Notes: generated by a model from the sequence alone, not told the origin. 64,000 bases of DNA, filler included, from Octopus bimaculoides (GCF_001194135.2; 7 parts of 7 records of this genome joined end to end with filler, not necessarily neighbours in it); one strand, 5' to 3'. Numbered from the whole stretch's first letter, positions 36,824-50,988 are shown. Translations and numbers: made by a program.

Positions 36824-37295
36824 NNNNNNNNNNNNNNNNNNNNNNNNNNNNNNNNNNNNNNNNNNNNNNNNNNNNNNNNNNNNNNNNNNNNNNNNNNNNN
36901 NNNNNNNNNNNNNNNNNNNNNNNNNNNNNNNNNNNNNNNNNNNNNNNNNNNNNNNNNNNNNNNNNNNNNNNNNNNNNNNNNNNNNNNNNNNNNNNNNNNN
37001 NNNNNNNNNNNNNNNNNNNNNNNNNNNNNNNNNNNNNNNNNNNNNNNNNNNNNNNNNNNNNNNNNNNNNNNNNNNNNNNNNNNNNNNNNNNNNNNNNNNN
37101 NNNNNNNNNNNNNNNNNNNNNNNNNNNNNNNNNNNNNNNNNNNNNNNNNNNNNNNNNNNNNNNNNNNNNNNNNNNNNNNNNNNNNNNNNNNNNNNNNNNN
37201 NNNNNNNNNNNNNNNNNNNNNNNNNNNNNNNNNNNNNNNNNNNNNNNNNNNNNNNNNNNNNNNNNNNNNNNNNNNNNNNNNNNNNNNNNNNNNNN

Positions 37296-37336
<41 letters not shown>

Positions 37337-37371
37337 ATATACATACATATACATACATACATACATACATG

Positions 37372-37405
<34 letters not shown>

Positions 37406-37446
37406 TATATATATTATCCGAAATGTATAGTATTAAATATCTATCA

Positions 37447-37855
37447 TGTGCATGAGTCATCTAAGAAACCATAAGTCAGGGAAAAGATACACTCGTATAT
37501 CTATCAGGAGAGTGAGTATATTATCTGAAATGTATAGTATCAAATATCCATTACGGCTGGTCTTACCAATTGGTTTCATGTAAAGAATACAATGGAGTGT
37601 TAGGTAATAAACTGATTATATAATTTTATGCTCATCAGAGTTAGCCGATAAGGAAGGGAATATCGACTAACTCTGATGAGTGCAAAGTTATATAACCACT
37701 TTGTTACTTAACACTCCATTGTATTCTTCATGTGAAACTGATTAGTAAGACCAGCCATAATGGATATTTAATACTATATACATCTGGGATAATATACCCA
37801 CTCTACTGACAGATATATGAGTGCATCTTTTCCCTGACTCTCTTTGATGACACAT

Positions 37856-37860
<5 letters not shown>
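37447..37860. repeat. 414-bp foldback palindrome (about 200-bp arms, 10-nt loop)
   Basis: 37447-37650 is the imperfect reverse complement of 37661-37860; loop aggaagggaa. Confidence 0.95.
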
Positions 37861-37894
<34 letters not shown>

Positions 37895-38030
37895 CACCNN
37901 NNNNNNNNNNNNNNNNNNNNNNNNNNNNNNNNNNNNNNNNNNNNNNNNNNNNNNNNNNNNNNNNNNNNNNNNNNNNNNNNNNNNNNNNNNNNNNNNNNNN
38001 NNNNNNNNNNNNNNNCCCACATACATATAT

Positions 38031-38810
38031 CATCATCATCATCATCGTTTAACGTCCATTTTCCATGCTGGCATGGGCTGGATGGTTTGACTGAGGTCTA
38101 GAGAGCCAGTGGCTGCTCTAGGCTCCAATCTGATCTGGCAACATTTCTACAACTAGATGCCCATCCTAATGCCAACCACTCCGAGTTTGTAGTGGGTACT
38201 TTTTACATGCCACTGGCACAAGAGCCAGTCAGGCGATCCTGGCATCAATCACATTTGGATAGTGCTTTTTACATGCTACTGGCACAGGAGCCAGTCCGAG
38301 GCCACTGGCCACAGCTAGGAATTTGGTTTTGACTCACCAAGTTTTCTCAAGCATATCATATCACCCAATGCATCAGGGGTACTCTTAACTGGGCTGGACA
38401 TGCACTTTAGTTGCTGGGTCTTCTCAAGCACAGCATATCTCCAAAGGTCTCAGTCTCCAGTCATTGCCTCTGTGAGACCCAATGTTCAAAGGTCATGCTT
38501 CACCACCTCATCCCATGTCTTCCTGAGTCTAACTCTTCCACAGGTTCCTTCCACAGTTAGAGAGTGGCACTTCTTCACATAGCTGTCCTCATCCATACAT
38601 AACACATGACCATACCAGCACAGTTGTTTCTCTTGCACACCACATTTGACGCTTCTAAGAAGCATCTTTTCTCTCAAGGTGCTTACACTCTGTTGTGTAT
38701 GCACACTGACTTTACACATCCAGCAGATCATACTAGCTTCATTTCTTTCAAGCCTATGCAGTCATGGCCCATGTTTCACTGCCATGTTGCATGACAGTTC
38801 GCACACATGC
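38031..38810 (-). mobile_element. RTE LINE 3' portion
   Basis: WYGHVLCMDEDSYVKKCHSLTVEGTCGRVRLRKTWDEVVKHDL, a 3' UTR and an (ATG)n tail. Confidence 0.9.
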
Positions 38811-40637
38811 ATCATACAGTCTATTGTCAGAATTTAAAAGTAGACCACCAAACTCCATGGCCATTGCATGACTTATAGAGACCCCCTGCAACTGTTTGTT
38901 TCAAGGCCTCATCTCTTCAATCAAATTCATAATCTACGCACCTTTTATTCATAGCTATGTTTTACTTTATTCTATCTGAAGTTCAATATTTCACGTTATC
39001 CTAAAGAACATCTTTAAAAGTACAAGTTAAATTTATTTAGGGCTGGAACTATCGTATTATTTCAATATTTAGAAAGGCCAATATTTAATAGGGTTGAATA
39101 TTTATTCAATGGACTCACAAATATCAGAAGACAAGCATTTCAAAATAACAACTGTAGAGTATAGTTGTCTCAGCTTTTGTATGGAAAGAAGTTTATTCAA
39201 AAACATTAAAATGCAAAAAATTTTCAGTCCAAAACAAAAGCAAACTGTTTCAAATTATATATTTTTGAAAAATTACCGTGAATGTTCTCAAAGACTTGAT
39301 AACAGTTGAATAAGCCTTTTTTAAAATTTATATTTCATTGTTAGCTGTTGCAATATTTCAATTGGATAGACAATACTACAATTCAAACTGTAAAGTCAAA
39401 ATACCAAAAATGCAAAATATGAAGAATTTCTTACTTTTCTCTGAAATCACAAACTCAAGGGAAAACAATACCTTACAAAATAAAGTACCTTGATCACAAA
39501 CTAGTTACTACTGAAGAATTGAGATGCTTGGTGACAGTGAGCAAACAATATATGTATCCCTATATATATNNNNNNNNNNNNNNNNNNNNNNNNNNNNNNN
39601 NNNNNNNNNNNNNNNNNNNNNNNNNNNNNNNNNNNNNNNNNNNNNNNNNNNNNNNNNNNNNNNNNNNNNNNNNNNNNNNNNNNNNNNNNNNNNNNNNNNN
39701 NNNNNNNNNNNNNNNNNNNNNNNTATATATATAAAATACAAAATGGGACAAGAACGCAAAACACCCGGACAGTTAGATGATACAAAAATGAGACAACAAA
39801 ACATCCAGACAGACGATACAAAGAAAATAAGGACGGTTCATTTGAAGTTTTCTTTCCTCAGTCAAGTACCAGATTATCTTCGCAATTTCAGCTGATTATA
39901 CTCGAGATTGCTTCAATGTGGCCAGCCCCAAGGAAAACTAAGCTAAGAGCATAAGATTTCTTGGAAGAAAGCAGTGAATGTATATGAAGACAAGGAAGAA
40001 AAAAAAAACGGACAATGTTATATGAATATAATAAAAATAATAACGAGACATAAGAACATGTGTCTTTCAACTAAGGACAAATTAAATTAAGCTAGCGTGT
40101 GTGGAAATAAAGCCTTACGGCAGGGATACAAGATTTCACGGGCACAGGGAGGAATATTGATGTTGCACGGACAAGATTTGTGTTTTTTTATTTTAAGATT
40201 ATATATATGTATATCTATATATTTATGATATGTGTGTGTGTATGTGTGTATATATATTCATTTGTGTATCATCATGTAATGTCTGTTTTCCACGCTGGCA
40301 TGAATTTGATGGTTTGATAGGAACTGCCAAGCCTGAGAGCTGCACCAGGCTCCAGTTGTCTGTTCTGGCATTGTTTCTCTGGATGAATGCCCTTCTTAAC
40401 AGTAACAATTGCCCTTAACAAAGCAGGACTGAACCTGATAATCCTTTTTTGTTCACTTGCCAACCACTTTACAACATGTACTGGGACTGGGTTTATTTCT
40501 CATGGCACCAGCACAAGAGAGGCAATCTCACTCACTGTTTACCTGTAGAGGGAGCATGTCTTTGCCATAGCAACAGAACAGGAGGTTGGTATCTTGTTCA
40601 CAGCAAATGCAATTGTAGAGAGTATAAGTTGGAGTGA

Positions 40638-40830
40638 AGGTGCATGGCTTAGTGGTTAGGGTATTGGACTCAGAATCATAAGTTTTGATTCCTGGAACTG
40701 GCAGCGTATTGCCTTCTTGAGCAAAACACTCATTTCACACTACTGTCCATTCTATTGGTAAAAGTGAGTAATCCTGTGATGGACCAGTGTCCCAACCAGG
40801 GAGGAATATATGTGCCAGTGAAACCAGGAA
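40638..40830 (+). mobile_element. SINE family D (another partial copy at 43340-43458, -)
   Basis: ggtgcatggcttagtggttagggtattggactc...ttgattcc...cttgagcaaaacac. Confidence 0.75.
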
Positions 40831-42307
40831 ACTGGCCCTCTGCTCATTACAGAGTAATGTGGACTAATCAGAGCTTGGGGCAACTTGAGACTGAGACATA
40901 AAATACTTACTCAAGTATCTGCACCATGGGATCAAATTTGATATCAAATGATAGGGAAGTGGAGTTCTTATCAATACTGACTTGTCTGTAAACCCACCAC
41001 ACAGATAAATAAATGGTTAATTTTGGGATTATTTTACAGAAATTTGAAATGGAGCCAGATTTATTATAAAATTAATGTAAAATTTGTTGTAAAAAATGAT
41101 TGTCCAACACTTTGTTCGTAATTTGCATCCTTTCATTGGTGTTGCACCATGTCCATAGCCAACATTGTTAATTAAAGCTGGTTATTAGAGTTAGCATTAA
41201 TGTAATTAATGTAGTGAGACCCTGAATTTTATTAATTAAAATTACAGTTATAGTGAGCAGAACTAATTATTAATGCAATTACTAAATCTGATCAAGAAAG
41301 ACAAGGGTGAGAATCCCTAGAATTTAAATGAATTAACAATAGAATGCAGTTGGGGAGTGAGTTCGACTTTTAGTAATATGGGTACCACAACTCTGGACAT
41401 AATTCACTTAGGTTTAAACAAGAACCAGAGGTAGGGGGAGAGGAGGGTAGGGTATGCCTTGTTGCAGGAAGCAAGAAAGACAGAGCTGAGTTCTAATCTT
41501 CATAAGAGTATAATTTTGGTTAGGAAACAGCTGAACCTGGGATGGCTTACTCTTATTCCATGAAGATGGTGCTTTTACAATGGAAGGAAATACAAAACAC
41601 ACAATATTATAAGTTGAAGCACTTTCTGTGTGATAATACCACTAAGAGAGAGAGAGAGAGAGAGAGAGAGAATGGGGCAGAGAGGGAGAGAGATTGTGAA
41701 AGCGAAACGCTTTTTAAGTGTTACTCTTCAAGAGATTTGCTCCATTTCTTTTACTAAAGGTTCAAACTTAAAGCAGAGTCAGTTCAATCCACATGTTTAA
41801 ATCAGTTTAATATCACATGCCTGAAAGAACTAACTCACCCCACCACCCATGCATCAACAACATTTTCTTAATAGTTGATTTGGCTCTTATTTTATCAGTT
41901 CAAGAGATAGTGCCAAATATCAAAACAGCAAATAAAAAAAAATCTGACAATTTTAGCTCTACAATAACTCAACAATCTTCTTGACGTACTTTTTGAAATA
42001 TCCTTTGCATAAAATACACATAATATATGCAGATATTTTTGAGAGAGAATCGCAAAATTTTCTTCTACTTAACAGCATCAGGCATTCTTTATTTCCACAG
42101 ATTTAAAGTTTATTTAACTATTTCTTTGATGATTATGATGAATAAAGCTGACAAGGAGAAAAAAATTATTTTTCAGATTGTTAGATATTTATTTATCTGA
42201 AGCCATAGAACAGGTGTAACCCCGTGGTTTGGGAGTTTGCTTTTCAATCATGTGATACAGGATTCAAAGACACATGTTGAAGGTTTCACTGTATGACATC
42301 CATAGTT

Positions 42308-42574
42308 AGGGCTAGTTTTAAGCCAATTAAACAGGTTTGTTCAAATTGGGCCCTGCACTGAGAGAGAACACCATGCACATGCTCGAATGGAGGACACTAT
42401 GATGAATTTTTAGTATATCATTGTAGTTAATGGTGGAGCCGCAAACACTTAATGCCTTTTGGCTGGGACTGGCATACTACACGAAGTATAAAACATCAAT
42501 CTTCAGCTTTTGTAGAGTAGGGGGCCCCACTAACAATTCTCTAATTGAGCCCTGCACTTCCAAGGCTGACCCTG
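42308..42574. mobile_element. Possible decayed hAT-like MITE
   Basis: Ends agggctagt / ggctgaccctg are compatible with CpG-decayed CAGGGCCGG termini; internal gggccc motifs. Confidence 0.3.
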
Positions 42575-42704
42575 CCTGCAGCACGTCTCCTACAATCACC
42601 TTACATTGACTAAAAACTTGTGAATGAAAATTTGGTTAATGAAAACTGCGTAAAAGCTTGTTGGTAGACTGTTTTTACTGACAGATGAAGGAAGGACAAA
42701 GTAG

Positions 42705-43020
42705 ATCCTAACATTATCAAACCAATGCTTTGCATGTGTAGAAATACTGTATTTGATGGTATATAAGATGCACTTGTTCTCCAAAAAAAAAAAAAAGTCT
42801 CAAAAATCACTCCCACTGGGTTCTATATGTGAAGTTGGACTTTTATTGTATGTGTTAATGCATGTAACATATCGTAATATCATCAAACCAATGATACTTT
42901 GGGTGCATAGAAATACTATATTTGATGGTATATAAGATGCACTTTTTCTCCGAAAAAATGTCTCAAAATTTGCCCACATTGGGTTCTAAATGTGAAGTTG
43001 GGCCATTATTGCATACTTTA
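42705..43020. repeat. Diverged tandem duplication, period 166 bp
   Basis: atcaaaccaatg at 42716 and 42882; shared tatttgatggtatataagatgcactt and aatgtgaagttgg/tatgtgaagttgg. Confidence 0.9.
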
Positions 43021-43682
43021 AAATGCTGAGATATATTATAATAGTTTTTGCAAGAGATTTTTTCATGACCAAACATTTTTACCATTACATATGTCAGAGT
43101 TTGGAATGTTACTACTGTGTGAGCTTCTCTAAGGACTCACTAAATGCTGATCTTTTACCATAGACTGAAGTAAAACTTTTCAATTGCAGATCCAAGGTCT
43201 TGTGAAATTAACAGATGCTGCTACAGACATTAATATGAATTGTTATAATTTAGTAGGTCGTCTAATGTGGTGCAAGAATTCACAATGATGATTTCAAATT
43301 CTAGCACAAAATTACACACTCATGCACACATACGGCTTTAATTTTATATGAAATTAAATGTTTTGCTCAAGAACACAATGTGTTGCCCAGTCCAAGAATT
43401 GAAACTACAATCTTACGATCATGAGTCCAACACTCTAACCACTACGCCATGCACCTCTACTCCAAGAAACCCTGGAGAAGAGCTATTGAAAAATAGAAGC
43501 AGGGTGGTGGATGGGGAATATGGAACCGGGCATCAACCATGACCATTGACAGGGCAGCCTGAAAGGAGTGGAAGCCTTATGTGTCATGTGAGAAGCACAG
43601 AGTGGAAAGATGGAGCTGTAAAATATAAATGAAATATATATATGCATTTTAATATTTTTCTAGATTCTTATATCTTTTATAT

Positions 43683-43887
43683 TTACTTGTTTCAGTCATT
43701 AGACTGTGGCCATCCTGGGGCACTTCCATGAAGAATTTTTAGTTGAATGAATTGACTCCAGTACCTATTTTTTTGTTAAGCCTGGTACTTATTTTATCAG
43801 TCTCTTTTGCCAAACTGTTAAGTTACCGGGACATGACCCCCACCAACACCAGTTATCAAGTGTTATAAGCATGTGTATGTACATCTT

Positions 43888-43933
<46 letters not shown>

Positions 43934-44420
43934 ATCATCATCATCATCATCATCATTTAACGTCTGCTTTCCATGCTAGTATGGGTTGGACGATTTTACT
44001 GAGGACTGGTAAACCAAATGGCTGCACCAGGCTCCAATCTGATCTGGCAGAGTTTCTACAGCTGGATGCTCTTCCTAACACCAACCACTCCGAGGGTGTA
44101 GTGGGTGCTTTTATGTTCCACCAGCACAAGGGCCAGTTAGGTGGTACTGGCAATGGCTACACTCAAATGGCATTTTTTACGTGCCACCTGCACAACAGCC
44201 AGTCCAGCAGCACTGGCAACGACCACGCTCAAATGATTTTTCATGTGCCACCAGCACAAGTGCCATTTGGGCGACGCTAGTAACGATCACGCTCAAATGG
44301 TGCTCTTTACATGCCACCGGCATGGAAGCCAGACAACTGCTCTGGCAATGATCACACTTGGACGGTGCTGTTAGCGCTCCACTGGCACGGGTGCCAGTCA
44401 TCGAATTTGGTTCAATTATG
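43683..44420 (-). mobile_element. SINE B 3' part (43683-43865) and RTE 3' UTR with five modules (43933-44420)
   Basis: Family motifs; (CAT)n tail after (TATC)n. Confidence 0.85.
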
Positions 44421-44524
44421 ATGTGTGTCTGTCCATCTGTCTGTCTGTCTATCTATCTATTTATCTACACATACATACACACACACACACACACACATAT
44501 GGACGAGGACTGTAGAACAGGCAT

Positions 44525-44896
44525 AAGGACCCCAAATTAAAGGAAATTTTACACACACACACAAAATCATCGAAAGCCACAAACAACCAAAATCACTGAA
44601 AAAGATCCTCGCAAAGGCAAATTTATTTTCCGAAACAACAGATGCGAAAGTAAAAAAATGTGGTCGACCAAATTGTGCAACATGCCCAAACATTCTAGAA
44701 GGTTCAGAATTCCTCTTCAAAGAGGGACACAAATTCAAAGTTCAATCTAACTTTACTTGTGCCTCAGAAAATCTTATTTATGTAATAAGATGCTCGGGCT
44801 GCCACGAGAACTACATAGGGTCCACAGGATTATCGCTCAGACGTAGATGCACTCTGCACCGCCAGCAGATTATTTCTCAAAATACAATGTTTATAT
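44525..44896 (+). mobile_element. Penelope-like element GIY-YIG endonuclease fragment
   Basis: Stop-free frame 44563-44896: KIIESHKQPKSLKKIL..KCGRPNCATC..FTCASENLIYVIRCSGCHENYIGSTGLSLRRRCTLHRQQI. Confidence 0.93.
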
Positions 44897-45615
44897 NNNN
44901 NNNNNNNNNNNNNNNNNNNNNNNNNNNNNNNNNNNNNNNNNNNNNNNNNNNNNNNNNNNNNNNNNNNNNNNNNNNNNNNNNNNNNNNNNNNNNNNNNNNN
45001 NNNNNNNNNNNNNNNNNNNNNNNNNNNNNNNNNNNNNNNNATGTATGTATGTCTTCTAGTTGTACTTGCATAATAAAAGCAAATGGAAATAGTAGTAAGA
45101 ATACTGAATGGTAACCTAACAAATTTTGCAATGCTAATAACGGCAAAAAGAAGAAAAAGACAACAGAAAACATACAAATGAAACAAAATATAAAATAACA
45201 ATAGTAAATATATAATATATAATATAAATTTCAGTTTTCAGTTGAAGCATTTTGCAGTTGGCTTCAGCTTTTACAACTCCATTCTTTTGAAAGAGTTTTC
45301 AAAGGAAATGCAGAGCTTTAACTGTTGTTGATAAGTTCTTATAGCTTCTAATTTTTGGCAGTACAACAAGCAACGACGACAACAACAACAACAACAACGA
45401 CAATAACAAAATGGCAGCAGTAGAAGCAGCAGCAGCAGTAGCAGCCACAACATCAGCAGCAGCCACACCAAGCAGTAGCAGCCATAACATTACCAGAAAA
45501 GGATAAAAAAAAAATGGGTAGGAAACAATGGCAAACAGCAAAATCAGGAGCAACACAGATAATATCAGCAACAGTGGTAACAAGAATAATAACAGCAACA
45601 ACAACAACAACAATG

Positions 45616-45664
<49 letters not shown>

Positions 45665-45781
45665 TAATAATAACAATGACAATGTCCATGACAATAACTG
45701 AAGATGAAGAATAGAAAAACTTGAAAAATAAAGTGGAATAAATAAATGAATAAAAATAAGTAAAATGAATTAAAAAAGGAA

Positions 45782-46410
45782 AATAGAAAGANNNNNNNNN
45801 NNNNNNNNNNNNNNNNNNNNNNNNNNNNNNNNNNNNNNNNNNNNNNNNNNNNNNNNNNNNNNNNNNNNNNNNNNNNNNNNNNNNNNNNNNNNNNNNNNNN
45901 NNNNNNNNNNNNNNNNNNNNNNNNNNNNNNNNNNNNNNNNNNNNNNNNNNNNNNNNNNNNNNNNNNNNNNNNNNNNNNNNNNNNNNNNNNNNNNNNNNNN
46001 NNNNNNNNNNNNNNNNNNNNNNNNNNNNNNNNNNNNNNNNNNNNNNNNNNNNNNNNNNNNNNNNNNNNNNNNNNNNNNNNNNNNNNNNNNNNNNNNNNNN
46101 NNNNNNNNNNNNNNNNNNNNNNNNNNNNNGAGGGGGAAGAGGTGTGGTAAGAAAGAGGGGAGGGTAGAAAAAAGGGGGAGAGTGAAGAGGGTTGGGGGGA
46201 AGGGGAGGAGAGAGGGAGAGAGTGGCAGGTATAAAAAGGGGAGGGGAAGAGGCGAGTGGGAAAAAGGGGTGAGGGGGAAGAGGTGTGGTAAGAAAGAGGG
46301 GAGGGTAGAAAGAGAGGAGGGGGTAAGAGGAGGAGATGGGGAGGGGAAAGGGGAGGGAGAAGAAGGAGGAGGAAAAGTGGGAGAGAATTTAGAAAGACTA
46401 AGAAACTGAG
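45782..46410. repeat. GA-rich polypurine tract with an internal ~38-bp direct repeat
   Basis: ggggaagaggtgtggtaagaaagaggggagggtagaaa near 46132 and 46273. Confidence 0.85.
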
Positions 46411-46627
46411 GAAAGCAGAGTGTTATGAAATGCATGTAATGATTGCAAGAAGTTCTTTTTGTTCCATGCCACGTTCCTACTCCATCTCATTTGATTATGA
46501 TTATGAAGATTGCGGTTGCTGCAGCTGCTATTATTAATGATGATGATGATGATGATGGTGGTAATGATGCTGGAATAATGGAAGATGATAATAATGATAA
46601 ATCAGGAACATTTTTTCATATAATGGA

Positions 46628-46667
<40 letters not shown>

Positions 46668-47324
46668 GTGGTGGTGCTGGTAGTGACGTCGACGACGACG
46701 ATGATGACGATGATGACAATGATGGCGATGACGATGATGATGTCAAAGGATAAATTTTTTATTTCCCCTTTTTCTACCATTCTTTTCCATTCATTTTTCT
46801 CCCAAGAGATACAATAATCCTTAGAAAAAAAACAAAACAAAAAAAAAGAACAAAGCAATAGCCAAGAAACAACAATAATGATAAAATAAAATACTAAAAC
46901 GCAACAACAACAACAACAACAGCAGCAGAACAATTTATGGGATTATGGTTAATAATATAAAATATATATATAATGAAAACTATATAAAAAAGAAATAAAA
47001 TTAGTTAAAATATATTTATATAAAAATTTAAAAAGCCAACAAAATGCATCTGAAAATAGACCAAAAACCCCAAAAAAGTAAACAGAAAAAAAAACCTCTT
47101 TAAAAAATAAAAAAAACTTAAAAAGAACTGCCAGAACATCTTGTAAAATTCAGTGCCATTATAAATTTGTGTTAAAAACTACATTTTTTCGCAAACTCAT
47201 TTTCTTCTTTGAGTTAAACACAAGTGTTAGGATGTTGCAATTTTATAATGAAGCAATATATTTATGTGTTATGCACATTCCGTTTCTTGTTTGATGTGTT
47301 GTTTTCAATCTCTGGCATCTGAAC

Positions 47325-47451
47325 ATGCTTGTATGTATGTATGTATGTATGTATGTATGTATGTAGCTACGTATGTACATATGCCTGTATGTATATATAT
47401 ATGTATATATGTATGTATGTATGTAGCTATGTATGTACATATGCCTGTATG

Positions 47452-47482
<31 letters not shown>

Positions 47483-47720
47483 GTATGTAGCTATGTATGT
47501 ACATATGCCTGTATGTATATGTATTTATGCATGTATGTATGTAGCTAGGTATGTACATATGCCTGTATGTATGTATATATGTATGTATATATGTATATAC
47601 CTAAATAGCCATGTATGTACACATGGATGGATGTATGTATGAACATACATATCTGTGTATATATGTATATATCTGTTTATGCAGACATGTACATTTGTAT
47701 GTATATATGTATGTACAAAT
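47325..47720. repeat. Higher-order (TATG)n-derived minisatellite
   Basis: tagct..gtatgtacatatgcctgtatgtat recurs four times. Confidence 0.85.
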
Positions 47721-47751
47721 GTATGCATAAATGTATGTACATAGTCTTTTA

Positions 47752-48196
47752 TTCTTTTATTTGTTTCAGTTATTTGACTGCAGCCATGCTGGAGCACCAC
47801 CTTTTGTCAAACAAATCGACCCCAGGACTTATTCTTTGTAAGACTAGTGCTTATTCTATTGGTTTCTTTGCCAAACTGCTAAGTCACGGGAATGTAAACC
47901 CCACAACATCGGTTGTCAAGCAACGGTGGTGGGACAAAGACAGACACATAAACACACACACACATGCACACACACGACAGGCTCCTTTCAGTTTCCCTCT
48001 ACCAAATCCACTCACAAAACTTTGCTCGAGATTATAGTAGAAGACACTTGCCCAAGGTGCCATGCAGTGGGACTGAACCCAGAACCATGTGGTTGGTAAG
48101 CAAGCTACTTACCACACAGCCACTCCTGTGTCTATACAACCACTCCTGCACCTATACAGCTACTTCTGCACCTGTACAGCCACTCCTGCACCTATG
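47752..48196 (-). mobile_element. SINE family B with fourfold reiterated 5' end
   Basis: Full B body; 20-bp unit cagccactcctgcacctata four times at 48117-48196. Confidence 0.9.
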
Positions 48197-50405
48197 TATG
48201 TATAATGTAAGTACATATGTATATATATAAAATCAAAACAAGCAATGGGATATCAAGAGGTGATGCAGTACGACTGTTTTAAGCAGCTCCATTTAATTGA
48301 ACAATGCAACCATTACATCAATTTAAATGCAGGGCTATCCTCATAAGTAAATAGAATTTTTTTATCAGTTGGACACATTAATATAATTTTACTTAAATTT
48401 TCTAATAGAACAAGAAGAGGGAAAAAAGTCCATGTTGCTACTAATGTAGCTCAAATATATACTACACTTCTAAGAACTGTAGGAAGTTCGTTAGGATCAT
48501 AGCTTGTAAAAGATTGTGGTTCATTTTTAATTTATTAGTCTTTTTTATCAACTACCAAATCTAAGGCTAGAGGACAGTGCTTGCTTAGAATGGATAGACC
48601 GAGCAAGTTGACAATTTATAGTTGAGTATGGTCATAAATGTTGTCAGGATTTTAGGAAATGTGTAAGTAATTGTCTATAAAGGAGGTTGGGCAGGGGAAG
48701 ACCCTAAATCAAGATGTTAATTACCAGTTAAAGGGGCAAGACACTAATAAAACCTATGATGTTAATACAGAGGAAATTATCATGATTGTATACAAACAAT
48801 TGTTATGTTGTATGAAGATAAAATTTAAGATTACTAAAAATGATATTATAACCAGAATAGATAAACTGTGTATGTATACTAATTTTCAACATTAGAAAGG
48901 AAAGATCACATAGGATTAGTTTAATATTCATTCCTGTACTTAATTATTTACTTATAAGGTGGTCGGGCATCTTCGACTAGCAGGTCATGCTACTCCAGAC
49001 TGATGACAAGCAAAGATTCAGAAGCATGTTTCTGGATGCAGGCTTAGCTGGGTGGAGGTGCTTGTCTCCTCCTTGTAAACATAAGGACACAGGAAATGTG
49101 TCAAGGCCGACAGGAAGCGTTGCAGCTTCCTAGGTCTAACCAACAGTAGTATTATTCCCTTCAGGGGACTGTCACATTAAGTTGACAGCATACAACTACT
49201 TGGCTGAGAAATAGTTTGCTGAAATTTCATTTAACAATAAGAAAATTCTAATATCACGTTTATACTGTTATATTTAATAATAAATAAATTACTTACATGC
49301 CTGCATTATGCAGGATGCAAAAAATTCTTCAAAATAATGCAGAATTTAAGATACATCCTCAGGTGAAAGGAAGTCATGTAATTTATTTATTATTAAATAG
49401 GATAATATAGATTTTTACATGTTTTAAGTTATAAAACAAAGTGTCATGACATTAGAATTTTCTTATTGTTAAATACAATTTCATTAAACTATTTTTCTCT
49501 CAACGTTTTTTTCTGGTACTTTGCTATATATTCTATATGTTTTGTAGAATGATACATTAATGCACATTTTTTATGAGTACTACCAGATTATTTGAATCCA
49601 TATATTGTGACTTAAATATATGTATATATGTATGTATCTGTGTTTGCATGGATGTAGGCATGTTTTTGTGTTTCCATGTCCTAACATCACATGATAGTTA
49701 TGAGTGTCACTTTAATGCAAACAATGTCATTCATTCCTATGAAAACATGTCTGGCCAAGGGAAAATATTATGTTACTTGGAAACAAGTGGAGGCTGGTGA
49801 CAGGAAGAGCATCCAGAATAGAAAATTTGCCTCAGCAAATTCCATCTAACTCATGCAAACATAGAAAGCTGGATGTTAAAATGATTATGATGTTGATAGT
49901 ATATATATAAGGGGAACTTCAGGTTAGTTAAAATAAGCTTGTGACATGTTTCAACTTCTCTGCAGTTACTGTGGAGAAAAAATTCCCTCTTATAATAAAA
50001 AGGTGTGAAAACATCATATCTGTGCAGTGCTGCCCCCTGTTAGATTCCCATATGTATTTCTAGGAAATACTGAAGAGAGGCAATTCTGGATAGATCTAAT
50101 CAAGCCATGGCTTTAACTAAAATATAGGCAATAACATTGACTAATTTGCACCAACAGACTGGCTTTGTCTTTAGCAGTTGAAATACGTCACAAACATTTT
50201 AACTAACCTAAAGTTCACTTATGCCGAAACACTGCTTGGTGCCAATATCACTGTAATATACATATACATATATATATATATATATATANNNNNNNNNNNN
50301 NNNNNNNNNNNNNNNNNNNNNNNNNNNNNNNNTTAATTAATTAANNNNNNNNNNNNNNNNNNNNNNNNNNNNNNNNNNNNNNNNNNNNGTGTGTGTCTGT
50401 GTGTT

Positions 50406-50442
<37 letters not shown>

Positions 50443-50781
50443 TAATGCGGCCACTCGTGTCAGAAACAGTAATTAAACTAGTTGCAATAAAAGGGAAAAA
50501 AACAACAACAACATATAAATCTACATATTAATAATAATAAAACAAAACAAAACAATCACACAAAAACACAAAATTAAAAAGACAAACGGCAGGCGTTTTA
50601 CTATCGAGGCGGCACAAGAAGTGTTTGATTGTGGCAGGTAGCGTGCGGGCAATGGAAGATGATAAAAACCCAACCAAATAGAGAACCGAGTATAATTTGA
50701 ATCTTGATTGAGGAAGTAACCGGAAATTAGGTCAGGACATATATTTTATTGGTCCTTAACGATACAACTTACGAGTTAGGG

Positions 50782-50824
<43 letters not shown>

Positions 50825-50988
50825 CAAACACATAAAACGAGGGGAGAGATAAAGATATGTATGTACATACATACACGTATAAACCATCTATATGTACACA
50901 CACACATTTATGTACGTACACATACACACTTATGTATATATATATATGAGAATATATATTATGGAGGTATGTGCATACATATAGGCAC

